A DNA stretch of 64,000 nt from an uncultured Pseudobdellovibrionaceae bacterium. Lineage in GTDB: Bacteria > Bdellovibrionota > Bdellovibrionia > Bdellovibrionales > UBA1609. The DNA is taken from NCBI GenBank assembly GCA_963803705.1, contig CAWDNU010000003.1, positions 96,001-160,000 of the forward strand, given 5' to 3'. The notes beneath the pieces are model-generated. The model ran no database searches and was not told the origin of the DNA. It saw only the letters and a list, made by a program, of their open reading frames with translations. Numbering within the stretch: the stretch's first letter is position 1; each line of letters starts with the position of its first letter. The position numbers were made by a program, and so were the translations under genes. This document shows positions 11,085 through 21,505 of this stretch, piece after piece.

Positions 11085-12305
11085 ATGAGGTGGCAACACA
11101 TGAAACTAACGACTGTAACTATAATTTCGTCCTTTTGCATAATAGGTTTTTTAGGTTGTGGAATTAACAATGGACCATCACTTTTAGATTCTTCAACCAT
11201 CGCTACCAAACCACTAGTTTTTTCTAATGGACAAGACGCTTCAGTTGTAATTGGGCAAAACACCTTCGTAACCGACAGTTCTGGCACATCTGCAACTAAA
11301 CTTAATTATCCCTGGGGCAACCCAGATGTGCATGACGGTGTGCTTTACATCATGGACTACTTCAATCGACGAGTGCTTGGATACAATACTATTCCAACTT
11401 CAAATGGGGCCGCAGCAGACTTTGTTATAGGCCAAGCAGATTTTAATTCTAGAGTTGCTACTACTTCAGCAACTGGACTTTTTGACCCATGGGCATTGTC
11501 TATCGGTGGTGAGACTCTTGCCATAGCCGATACCAGTAACAATCGAGTTTTATTCTATATTCCTGTACCGAGTTCATCTTCGCCGTCTGCAAATGTAGTT
11601 TTGGGCCAAAATGATTTTAGTTCTTCTAGTTTTAGTTGTTCATCAACTGGCCTTAGTTCTCCAAGCGCTGTAAAATTAGTAGGTAACAGGGTACTTGTAG
11701 CTGACTACCAGAATCATCGTATTTTAATTTGGAATACAGTTCCCACTAATAATTTGGCCCCAGCGGATTTGGTTCTGGGTCAGCCAAACTTTGATACTTG
11801 TGGCGTTAACGAAGGGGGCTTGAGCTCAAGATCTCTTCAATCCCCAGGTGATGTCTGGTCGGATGGTGAAAAGGTAATCGTTGCTGACAGTTCCAATCAC
11901 AGATTATTAATTTGGACGAGTTTTCCGACTACTAACTACCAGCCCGCAGACCTTGTTCTGGGCCAAACTGATTTTGTATCTAATATTGCAAACAAAGGGG
12001 GCGCGATTTCAGCATCAGGATTTGATTCGGGTTCCGATCAATGGAGTAGTGTGTCCAGCAACGGAATACAAATTTTTTATTCCGACTATGGTAACAATCG
12101 TATCCTTGTGTGGAACAGTTATCCTGATAGCAATGGATTAGACGCCGACATCGTATTGGGTCAAAGTAATTTTATATCGGGTGGGGCATTAAATCCCCCG
12201 TCGGCATCATCACTGAACGGGGTTGGAGGCATATCTGTTCACCAAAGCCAGTTTTTCATAACTGACTATGGCAACAATCGTATACTTATCTTCGATAGCA
12301 ATTAA
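11085..12305 (+). CDS. NHL-repeat (beta-propeller) lipoprotein
   Basis: Lipobox FLGC; repeated ADxxNHR(I/V)LIWxxxP...ADxVLGQxxF units. Confidence 0.85.
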   Translation: MRWQHMKLTTVTIISSFCIIGFLGCGINNGPSLLDSSTIATKPLVFSNGQDASVVIGQNTFVTDSSGTSATKLNYPWGNPDVHDGVLYIMDYFNRRVLGYNTIPTSNGAAADFVIGQADFNSRVATTSATGLFDPWALSIGGETLAIADTSNNRVLFYIPVPSSSSPSANVVLGQNDFSSSSFSCSSTGLSSPSAVKLVGNRVLVADYQNHRILIWNTVPTNNLAPADLVLGQPNFDTCGVNEGGLSSRSLQSPGDVWSDGEKVIVADSSNHRLLIWTSFPTTNYQPADLVLGQTDFVSNIANKGGAISASGFDSGSDQWSSVSSNGIQIFYSDYGNNRILVWNSYPDSNGLDADIVLGQSNFISGGALNPPSASSLNGVGGISVHQSQFFITDYGNNRILIFDSN

Positions 12306-12410
12306 AATAAATAGTTACAACTTTGTTCGTATGCATCGCTCGTGAAATCATTTGGAAAGTACGATATTAACATAAACTGGAATTCCCCAAAAAAAGTGGA
12401 CAGTTTTCTC

Positions 12411-13274
12411 TTAAGCAGAAGTTGTTGCTAATTTAAACTGCCTAGGGCTTTTATAACCCAAAGAGCTATGTCTTCTTTTAGTATTGTACCAAGTCTCAAT
12501 ATATTCAAATACAATTTTTCTAAGTTGCTGTTCGGTGCCATATTTTTTTCTGTAAACACATTCCTTTTTTAAACTTGCAAAAAAACTTCCAACAAAAGCG
12601 TTGTCATAACAATTTCCTTTCCTGGACATGCTTGGCAACACTTCGTTTTCTTCAATTAAATCTCTAAATGCACGACTTGCATACTGCACTCCGCGATCTG
12701 AATGAAAAATTATTTTTGTTTTCTTATCCCAATTTAAAAAAGAAGCCTTTAAAGCATCAATCACAAGGTCTGACTTCATATGATCTTTCATGGACCAGCC
12801 AACCACTTCGCGGTTATAAAGATCTATCACCACGGCTAAGAAGTAGTGCTTAGTTCCTAATTTTAAATACGTGATATCGCCTGCTAGGACTTCATATGGC
12901 CCTCTTGGCATTGTGCCCAATACTTCTGTTTTAAATTCCCTTTTTGCAATTGGATAATTGTGATTTGAATCTGTTGTTTTCACTCTAAATTTTTTCTTTA
13001 GTCTCGCATCAAGACTCATTTCACTCATTTAAGTTGCAACTGTGTTTTCACTGACTAAAATTCCTTTTTCTTTTAGTTCCATGTAAATTCGTGGAGAACC
13101 ATAAGTAGATTTGCTTTTTTCAAATATTTCTTTAATTTCCCCTTGAATATTTGATTTTGTAATTAAGCTTTTTGGTCTTTCGGAACTAAGCCAGTTATAA
13201 AAACCACTCCTTGAAACTTCAAAGTATTTAGCTAAAAAACAAACTGGAATATTGGGCCTTAAACTTTGAATCAT
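12411..13274 (-). pseudogene. IS3 transposase OrfB (DDE) with in-frame stop
   Basis: YGSPRI, GDITY, HSDRGVQY, GNCYDNA and YNTKRRHSSLGY motifs; TAA at 13029-13031 splits the frame (ENTVAT*MSEM). Confidence 0.85.
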
Positions 13275-13579
13275 TTCGAATCTCCAAGATGGTCTTTGGA
13301 AAAGATCGCAGTGCTTTTTTTTAGAACATCATTAATCTGTTTGATGTAACCAATCTCTTTTTTTAATTTACGATTTTCTGCTTCAAGTTCTGCATAGCTT
13401 CTCTTTTCTTGATTAGACTTAAACTTTCCATCTTTTAAAGCTGCTCGCCATTTGTTGATTGTTGAAAAACCTATACCTAATTGCTTTGCAGCTTCCTTGC
13501 AGCCAATATCTTCACTTAACTCTACAGCTTCAGCCCTAAATTCATCACTGTACTTCTTGCCTCTTTTTTCTTGTCCCAC
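13271..13579 (-). CDS. IS3 transposase OrfA (HTH)
   Basis: YSDEFRAEAV HTH plus leucine zipper; A8G slippery tract in LKKS (about 13314-13322) for the -1 frameshift. Confidence 0.9.
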   Translation of the reverse strand: MGQEKRGKKYSDEFRAEAVELSEDIGCKEAAKQLGIGFSTINKWRAALKDGKFKSNQEKRSYAELEAENRKLKKEIGYIKQINDVLKKSTAIFSKDHLGDSK

Positions 13580-13764
13580 AGGTTTTCTCCTCTTTTAGGG
13601 GTTACCTGCTCAAGAGATTTGTGTCCACTAATTTTGGGGAGGTTCAGAGCCTTTCTAGAATTTAAATAATAATTCTCAAAACTGTAAACTATTCCTCAAT
13701 CATTGGGTAACAAGCTATTTCAAAAAAAATTTTAACACTTAGTTTTCTCGACGGGAAGCTGATT

Positions 13765-13800
13765 AAAGGTTCGCTACTAAGTAGTGGACCTTTTTTATTT
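13765..13800 (+). terminator. Rho-independent terminator-like hairpin
   Basis: AAAGGTTCGCTAC-TAA-GTAGTGGACCTTT followed by a T-run. Confidence 0.65.
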
Positions 13801-14132
13801 TCGCATCAAACATACCGACTAATCTAAAATCTCGCCAACCCTGCAAAAATGACATTTTTTGGCTCTTCTCACAAAGCTTGTACATTTTAGTCATTAAAAT
13901 CCATTTACAGCCTTTCTGCCCAGAATTCTCCGTAGACCTCGTATTTTCGAGAAAGAGCTCCTAGAGGCTCATTTAATGGATCTGAGAACACGTGGAGACT
14001 TTCATTATAGAGATTGGGTTTTAACTTAATAGTCTAATAAAATTATTTAGATAATTCACATTATTACAAATTAAAGAAAGAATTAAAAAGTATTTCAGAA
14101 CTATGCTACTTGAATCAAAAGGAGATTTTAAT

Positions 14133-14456
14133 ATGAGATTGATTCTAGCAATATTAATATTTGTGTCTGTGAATGCATCAGCAGCAGTTTTCCAAGGTAA
14201 TACAAATCAATTAAAGGTTGATTTAGTAGAGCTCAGATTGCCAGATATCGCAGATGGAGCAAATTACATAATTAAGGTTACATTTGAAGGGCAAACTCTT
14301 CTTGAAGAAAGATATAAAACCGCAGATGAGCCAAGAGAAATTTATAATAGATATTTTCAAGCTCAGATTGAAAATGTAGATATTTATTTTGATACAGACA
14401 AAGATTTGCTTGAAGGCTTCAAAGTAGTGACTAGAAACTTTACGTGCCCACAGTAG
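14133..14456 (+). CDS. Secreted hypothetical protein
   Basis: AGGAG RBS before MRLILAILIFVSVNASA signal peptide. Confidence 0.7.
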   Translation: MRLILAILIFVSVNASAAVFQGNTNQLKVDLVELRLPDIADGANYIIKVTFEGQTLLEERYKTADEPREIYNRYFQAQIENVDIYFDTDKDLLEGFKVVTRNFTCPQ

Positions 14457-14562
14457 ACTCTTGTTAGAAATAAAAGTCTTCGTTAATCTATAGAGCCTTT
14501 GGATACAAATTCCAAAGGCTTCAGTTTTTTCTAAACAATAATAACATCCTAAACTACAATGC

Positions 14563-14964
14563 TTAAGCTGCATCATCGTGCTGACCTGGTTGATTAGGTT
14601 TAACAACTGACTTAATCATTATTTTTGAAAGATTGGCTAGGCCTCGATCTCTTATGTCCCTTGCTGATGAGAAGTTTATACCAAGTAGACCAGCCACTTC
14701 TCTTAGAGATTTTGATTCCCAATAAATTAAGTTTAGCACATTTCTCTGCTTGTCAGTTAATGCGTCCATCATCAGAGCAATAACTCTATTTAGCTTGGGT
14801 GAATAATTTGTCCCCATCAAGTTTGCGACTCCTTCCCTAAAGGTTTCTTCTGACATAGCTTCAACCAGGTTTGGGTTGTCCAATATTAACTCTGTTTGTG
14901 GCGACTCTAATGTTTCAAGGTATTCTTCCCACTGTATAGCTGACCATTCACTTTTTGATTCCAT
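14563..14964 (-). CDS. Sigma70 region-4 (HTH) domain protein
   Basis: LTDKQRNVLNLIYWESKSLREVAGLLGI...ARDIRDRGL pattern; AGGGAG RBS before ATG at 14964 (track start 15006). Confidence 0.75.
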   Translation of the reverse strand: MESKSEWSAIQWEEYLETLESPQTELILDNPNLVEAMSEETFREGVANLMGTNYSPKLNRVIALMMDALTDKQRNVLNLIYWESKSLREVAGLLGINFSSARDIRDRGLANLSKIMIKSVVKPNQPGQHDDAA

Positions 14965-15014
14965 TTCCCACTCCCTTTGTTTTTTCAAGCCAGTAGCGGC
15001 TTTCATGGATTCTT

Positions 15015-15061
15015 ATTGCTAGGCTTGTACCAAGTTTGGGAATTTTAATAAGTGTTTGAAT
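15015..15061 (-). promoter_or_regulatory. Sigma54 -24/-12 promoter with IHF-like site
   Basis: Minus strand TTGGTACAAGCCTAGCAAT (GG-N10-GC); ATTCAAACACTTA at 15049-15061 has one mismatch to WATCAANNNNTTR. Confidence 0.7.
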
Positions 15062-15234
15062 TGGTTGGGAAAATTGTTGTGATTGAAATTATTACTTGGT
15101 TTTTCAGTTTACGATTTTCTTATTAATAGTAAGAAAATTCTTACAAATAAGAAAAATAACATTGAGATTGCTTGCTTGATACGCAATAAATAAACCAAGT
15201 TTACGGCGACTGTAAGCCAAAGTGGGAGAAGGTT

Positions 15235-16774
15235 TTGAGGATTCCAAAAGATTATAAAGTTTCAATATTAATAATTGATGATCTTGAAATGGATCAGGCG
15301 GCTGCCGTTCAAGAAATTAAAGGTTATTTTTCAGAGCTTTCAACATCCAATATCTCCATTAAGACAGCTTCTACTATTGAAGATGGTCTTGAGCTTTTAA
15401 ATGCAGAAGACTTTCAAGCTGTAATCTTAGATCACGAGCTTGGAACTGATTTTTTCTCACAAACAATATATGGAACAGATTACATACAGGATATTTTAGA
15501 AATTCAGCCAAGCACTAGAGTTATTGTAAGCACCAGCCATGATTCAAGTGAACTTAGCCAAGAAGTTATTAAAAATGGAGCTCAGCACTTTATTACCAAA
15601 GGAACAGCTCAACAAAAAAGAGAACACCGTAAAAAAGTTATTTTAAGCGTTCTTAAGCAAGCAAGGTTTGAAATTGAAATGAGTAGAAGAAACTCTATTA
15701 TTTCAAACCAAGTTCACCCCAATGAGTTTAAATATTTATCTAGTGCTATGAAGACTTTAGATATGAAGCTTGAGCGTCTTGCAGAAGTCTCATCTCATGT
15801 TCTGTTTTTAGGTGAACCTGGATCAGGAAAAAGCCATACAGCAAAAAAGCTTTGTTATTTAAGAGAAAAGTTTCTTGGAGAAACTAACAGACCCTTTAAG
15901 TACTGTAATATCAATGAAACCCCTAACAACTTGATTCATTCTCATATTTTTGGTCATGAAAAAGGTGCTTTTACTGGAGCAGACAAGCGCCATATAGGTT
16001 TTCTTGAACAAGCATCAACAGGCTGTTTAATGCTTGATGAAATTGGCGATGCCTCTTTAGAGCTTCAAGGAGCTCTACTAAATGTTATTCAAGAGCGTGA
16101 GTTTCAGCGTCTGGGTAGTGATAAAGTTTTAAAAACAAATGCTAGGTTTATTTTTGCAACAAATAAAGATCTTAAAAAATTGATTAAAGAAGGAAAATTT
16201 AGAAAAGACTTTTATGACCGCATTTGTGCCATACAAATTAAAATGCCAAGTCTTCATGAAAGAAAAGCTGATATTCCCTATATCTGTCAAAATATTACTG
16301 ATCGCCTTAAGAAAGATCAAAACAAGAATATCTCATACAATGATTTTCCAGATGATTTAAAACACTTTCTGACTCACTCAAAAATTGATGGAAACATCAG
16401 AGGGATGCAAAATATTTTGATCCGCATAGTTTCTTTTTGTGATCCTCTTAAAAATGGCAAGCTTGATTACTCAAAATGGAAAAAGCTAGTTGAAGACATT
16501 GACGTTGAGCCAATGGCTGAAACCTCAACTCAAACAGGCTTCAGATCAGATAGATGCGGACTGGTTAATTGATAACGTTGCTAATCAGTTTATTGAAGAT
16601 CAATTTGGAAAAGAAGGCTGGACTGACATTAAAGCCTTAAAAAATAACCTTGAACAAAAAATTATTGAAAAAGCTATTAAGAAAATTGATGACAAAAATG
16701 AAGTGGCAAAAATTCTAGGAAGATCAGTCTCTTCAGTTTATAGAATTTCAAAAAAGTATGAAGCGAATAACTAG
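15235..16774 (+). pseudogene. NtrC-family sigma54-dependent response regulator, copy 1 (frameshift before HTH)
   Basis: Receiver (IIDD, VILDHEL, FITKG), Walker A GEPGSGKS, GAFTGA and LDEIG; the HTH (VAKILGRSVSSVYRI) lies in another frame at 16490-16774. Confidence 0.85.
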
Positions 16775-16783
16775 GTGATGTGT

Positions 16784-19672
16784 ATGAAAAAGATATTAAG
16801 TTTACTATTTATTGTGTTTGCACTCGGTGCATGCTCACTCAATGATGAAAAGCCACCGGAGCCAGCTCCAACTCCTGAACCCGCCGCTTTAATTGATAAC
16901 TTATTTGAGGCAGTTATTAAAATCAAGTGATGACTCAGTTAAAAAAGCAATTGATGACGGTGCTGACCTAACAGCTTATGATCAGTGGTGGCTATACAGC
17001 ACTTATGAGAGCTGTACAGAACGATGACACAATTATTGTTGATATATTAATTAATGGTGGATCTAAAATTTATCAGCCTTATAGAAATGATCCAAATGTG
17101 ACTGCCTGGTCACAAAGTAAAGGTGCTAAAGCTGAGATAGCAAGGCTCTTTACTGAGGAGAACAAAAAACTATTTATTAATCTTGAAAGTTTAGTTAATG
17201 AGAATAATTTTGATGAAGCTTTAAGTTTTTCAAAAGACAACTATCTACCTAAAGAAGAGCTCCTGCCTGATTCTAATATCAAAGCATTGGCGCTGGTTTC
17301 ACAGAAAGCCACTGAGTCTTCTAGTATAGATTATATTCTGCATTTGATTTCTGATATGGGCTCAATTGAACTTTCTGAAGACAAAGATCTTTTACTTTTA
17401 ACAACTTCAAAGATTAAGAATCTAAATTTATATAAATCAGTTCTAAATAGATACAATGAAAACGAGCTGGGAAGTGAGCTTTCTAAAATCACTGAAGTTG
17501 ATGCTGAGAGCATTGATTGGATGACAGGAAAAATTAGACAGATCAATTGCATTTGACTTGGCTTTAGATATAAATGAAGTAAATCAACATCTACTTTCTT
17601 TTGATCAGTCTTTATCGCCAAACAATGACAGTAAAACAAAATATTTAGATCTTGTTTCAGCAGTTCTTCAAGCTTCGGTGCCATCAACTGAAAGAAACTC
17701 TTTTATGAAAGTGGCTTTAACAAGCATTGCTCAAAAGTCCACTGTGGATTCTTCTTATCTCGATTGGATTTCACATGCTGTTGATATGTGGGCAAGTTCG
17801 GGGCTTCCAGCAACAAGTTACCCCTTTGATGATATTTCATACATTGTCTTACAAGCTGTTGAGGGTAAGTCTTTTAATATTGATAGAATTGAAACAGCTC
17901 TTGACAGTGTTTACCAATTTGCTCCAGCAATTGAAAACAAGTCAGAGCAAAGTATAAAGCTTGTGATCTCTGGAAATTTTAAATCAAGCCAAAGAAACGA
18001 GCTTTTAGAGATCCTACTTGATAAGACCAAGGTCTTGCCTGAGGGTATTATCTCTTATGCTATAGAGGCTGGCGGCATAGAGTCACTTCAATTGATCCTG
18101 GACTCTAACGTCAACTTTAACCCTAGTGAGCAATCAGAGGCTATTTTGACGGCTCTGACGAGCACTAGGTCAGGGGCCGTGGCTTATCAATTACTGGTAG
18201 AGCTAAAGGAGCGTGGTTTACCTTTTGGATCTGAAAGTGGTGCAAAAGCTGTCACATACACTTTCAATAAAGTAGTAAAAGACAAAGACGACACTTATAG
18301 CGCTCCACTTAACTTTCTTCTATCAATTTCACCATCACCACTTTCAAATCTTGGTAAAACTGAGTCTTTGAATATGCTAAAAGAACTTTTAGCAAGCACA
18401 AGGCTTTTTGAAAATGGGTGGCCTATTTTAAGTCAAATTCTAGATAAGCTAAATACTTCTGAATTTGATGGATCAGAAAAATACAAAAGAACTTTAAACA
18501 TTCCGGATGTTGATGAAGACCAAGAAGTCTTTGTAAGTTTTACTTGGGATTTTGCTCTATCCGCTTTTGAGTTTTACAGAAATAATCCAAGTGATGCAGA
18601 TGCTATTTTTATTATATTCAAAAAAGTTCTAGAAAAGTTTCCTAAAGACTCTTTTGCCATGAGTTATGTGGACGAATTGTCTGAAACCAACCCTCAATTA
18701 TTTTTAACTCAAAATATTTTACCACTAGGCTTGCTGCTTGCTATTGGTAGCAACAATATTGACATAAGAGTGACCTCTGGAAATAAAAGTTCAAACTACA
18801 AAGCAACGCCAAAATATTTGCAGCTTTATTCTTTATCTAATAGTATATTTTATGAGCACTACAGCAGCGAAAGAACATTTTGGGAAAAGATCAATCGTCA
18901 TGTCATTGATGCAGGAAATAGTTTTTCTTTGCCAAGAGACAGATCAGCTATTGAGTTCATGTCAGTGGTGCTTAATTCATATGTTTTAAACACCTACCCA
19001 AACCTTTCAAAAAGGCTTGAGAATCTAAAAATTGATTTAATAGATAGTGAAAAGCGATGTGTAGTAATGGAAGATCCTACGTTTGGGATTGGTAATGGTA
19101 TGGTTGGTCCTGATGGGCAATTTAAGACTTCTCATAAAGTTGATCCAATTGGAACTTGGACAACTTTAGGTAATTTTGAGATTTTAAGGCCAATCAAGAA
19201 TAGGTGCCTAGATGGTGAGGCCCTTACAAGAAAAGAAATCAGCTTTGTTTCTGATTACATTCAAAATAACGCTGGCTTTACTGCAAACTCAATTCAAGGC
19301 TCACTTGTTACAAACAGAACAAAAGGCTTATGTAGAGAGATCCCAAGCCCCTAAACGATTAGGTATCAACCAAAGTATGATTTTCTAGGAGTTCCATTCT
19401 TAAGAGATCTTTCGGCAGATATCGAAGCTGGAAACTCAGCACTTGAGGCAATAGCAAGCCCTATTGGATACCTTCAAGAGTGCTTTCAGTTTTCATATAA
19501 TGCCAACGCTGTTGCTGAAGCTAAAAGGCAGTTCTTAAATAGTTGGTTTAGCTGTGCATCAAGTATTAATGACCAAGCTTTAATTAACTTTTTTCAAAGC
19601 GTTTCTACTAGATATGGGATCTCACCAACTAATCCGGCTTCTAGCAAAGTAAACTTGTGTCACTTTAGGTAA
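16784..19672 (+). pseudogene. Large ankyrin-repeat lipoprotein, copy 1 (3 frameshifts and 1 in-frame stop)
   Basis: ATG at 16784 (MKKILS...LGAC); fragments align in order with the 48824-51709 protein; after TAA at 19352 the same frame continues EAKRQFLNSWFSCA...LCHFR*. Confidence 0.8.
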
Positions 19673-19676
19673 AAGA

Positions 19677-21029
19677 ATGAAAACACTTTTAAGTTCAAAA
19701 ATAGGCATATTAGGCACAGCAGTTCTGCTTGGCGGAATCTTTGTAACAGCCTCGTATTTTTATGCTCTTGAAAGTGTTCATTCCACTATTGAGGGAAAAG
19801 TCAGGTCCAACATAATCAAATGGAATCATGAATTTGCTGAAAAGATTTATAAGAAAAATGACTTAGATTTTGTGCAGAAAAAGATTGATGATCTTTTAAC
19901 CCATCCTATTTCTTCTTACAGCGTCGGTTTAACTGGCAAAGAGTCTACTTTTAAGTGGCCTAAAAAAGACAGCTACGTTGAAAGCTGCCGAGTCTATAGC
20001 GAACCAATTTATCTTTTTGGTGGAATACAGGCTGGATCTTTTAATTTTTGTATCTCTAAAAGCAGAGCTGTTAAAAAGGCACTTAGTTCACCGATATTTG
20101 TCGGTACAACTGCCGCTTCTCTTTTCTCAGTAATTTTGATTTTATATTTGTTTCCCTTAATGTCCTATAAGCGTGAGCTTAATGAGACTATAGATTTTTT
20201 AAATGATGAAAAGACTTTCAAAAACCATAAAGCTAAAAGCAGTGACCAGATTTCAAGTAAAATTGCATCTTTAGTTAAAAAGAAATATAATTCAGAAATT
20301 GAGCTAAAAGAAGCAAGGCTTGAGCTTAACACTGAAAAAGAACTTTCTAGAATCGCTAAGAGTGCAGCTCATGACAGCAGTAAAATCATTGAGGATGTAA
20401 AGACAAGAATTGAGACTTTTTCTAAAGAACCTAGTAAAGATAATTTAGATAAAATTAATTTTTCATTTAATAGAATCGGGATGATTTTTGAAGATTTAAA
20501 GCCTGGGAAGCTCTCTAAATATTCACTAAGAACAAATAAAACTGAACTTTGTGCAATTTCGGGTTTGATTCAAGATATTGTTGATGATCAAGCTCTTGAG
20601 TTTTTAAACATCAAGTTTAAATCATCAATTGAAAAAGGTCTAAAAGCTTTTTGTAACGCTAATGATCTTGAGCGAGTCATTTTAAACCTAGTTAAGAACA
20701 GTACGGAAGCCATCACTTCAAAAGGTAGAATTGAGGTCTCAGCTTCTAATAAATCTGATGAAGTCATTATTAAAGTGTCTGATAACGGGAAAGGAATGCC
20801 TGAGGATGTGATTAGATTTATTTTTGAAGAAAATTTCACCGATGAAAAGAAAAATGGAAACGGCATAGGTCTTTATACAGTTAAAAATAAAGTCTACTCA
20901 TGGCTTGGCAAAATAGATGTTGAATCTAGCCCTAACAAAGGAACAACATTTATCATTGCTCTAAAAAATGAGAATTTCACATTAAAGAAAAATTTAAAAA
21001 ATAAATCTATTAAGGATGCTGAAGTATGA
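19677..21029 (+). CDS. Sensor histidine kinase, copy 1
   Basis: Two TMs, AAHD H-box, NLVKNSTEA, DNGKG and GNGIGL boxes. Confidence 0.9.
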   Translation: MKTLLSSKIGILGTAVLLGGIFVTASYFYALESVHSTIEGKVRSNIIKWNHEFAEKIYKKNDLDFVQKKIDDLLTHPISSYSVGLTGKESTFKWPKKDSYVESCRVYSEPIYLFGGIQAGSFNFCISKSRAVKKALSSPIFVGTTAASLFSVILILYLFPLMSYKRELNETIDFLNDEKTFKNHKAKSSDQISSKIASLVKKKYNSEIELKEARLELNTEKELSRIAKSAAHDSSKIIEDVKTRIETFSKEPSKDNLDKINFSFNRIGMIFEDLKPGKLSKYSLRTNKTELCAISGLIQDIVDDQALEFLNIKFKSSIEKGLKAFCNANDLERVILNLVKNSTEAITSKGRIEVSASNKSDEVIIKVSDNGKGMPEDVIRFIFEENFTDEKKNGNGIGLYTVKNKVYSWLGKIDVESSPNKGTTFIIALKNENFTLKKNLKNKSIKDAEV

Positions 21030-21505
21030 AAAAAGTATTTTGTATAATTTTATCTGTTTGCTTGCTGTCTGGCTGCTCAACGATGACGCAGTCTCAAAAA
21101 AGAAGTGCTTATACTGTTGGAGGAGCTGCTCTTGGTGGAGTCGTTGGGGCTGCAACAACTCCTGATGATACATCAACAGCAGGACACACAGCACTGTGGG
21201 CTGGAGTTGCTGGTGTGGTTACTGCGTTAGTTACAAATTACTTTATGAGTGGTGAAAAAGAAAATGAGAGCTTGAAAAAAGAGACTGAACGCTTAAAAAC
21301 TGAAAATGATAGACTCAAAAATGCACCTAAATTTAAAACAGTTTCTGAAAAAGCTGGGTATTTCGATGACCCGTTTAATAGAGATAGTAAAGATACAGTC
21401 TGGGAAGTTAAAAAGGGTTCACAGTGGGTTGATGATGGTCCAGATGAAAAATACCATATTAATATGAGGCTAAAAAAGAAGAAGGAAAAAAGTGAAAAGA
21501 AATAA
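21026..21505 (+). CDS. Glycine-zipper lipoprotein, copy 1
   Basis: Lipobox LSGC, VGGAALGGVVGAAT...WAGVAG, followed by a coiled coil. Confidence 0.8.
   Translation: MKKVFCIILSVCLLSGCSTMTQSQKRSAYTVGGAALGGVVGAATTPDDTSTAGHTALWAGVAGVVTALVTNYFMSGEKENESLKKETERLKTENDRLKNAPKFKTVSEKAGYFDDPFNRDSKDTVWEVKKGSQWVDDGPDEKYHINMRLKKKKEKSEKK

Larger units (their letters stand above)
12378..13646 (-). mobile_element. IS3-family insertion sequence (1269 bp)
   Basis: Imperfect terminal IRs TGGAATTCCCCAAAAAAAGTGGACA and revcomp TGAACCTCCCCAAAATTAGTGGACA, with TG...CA ends; orfA/orfB layout; no flanking direct repeat. Confidence 0.95.
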
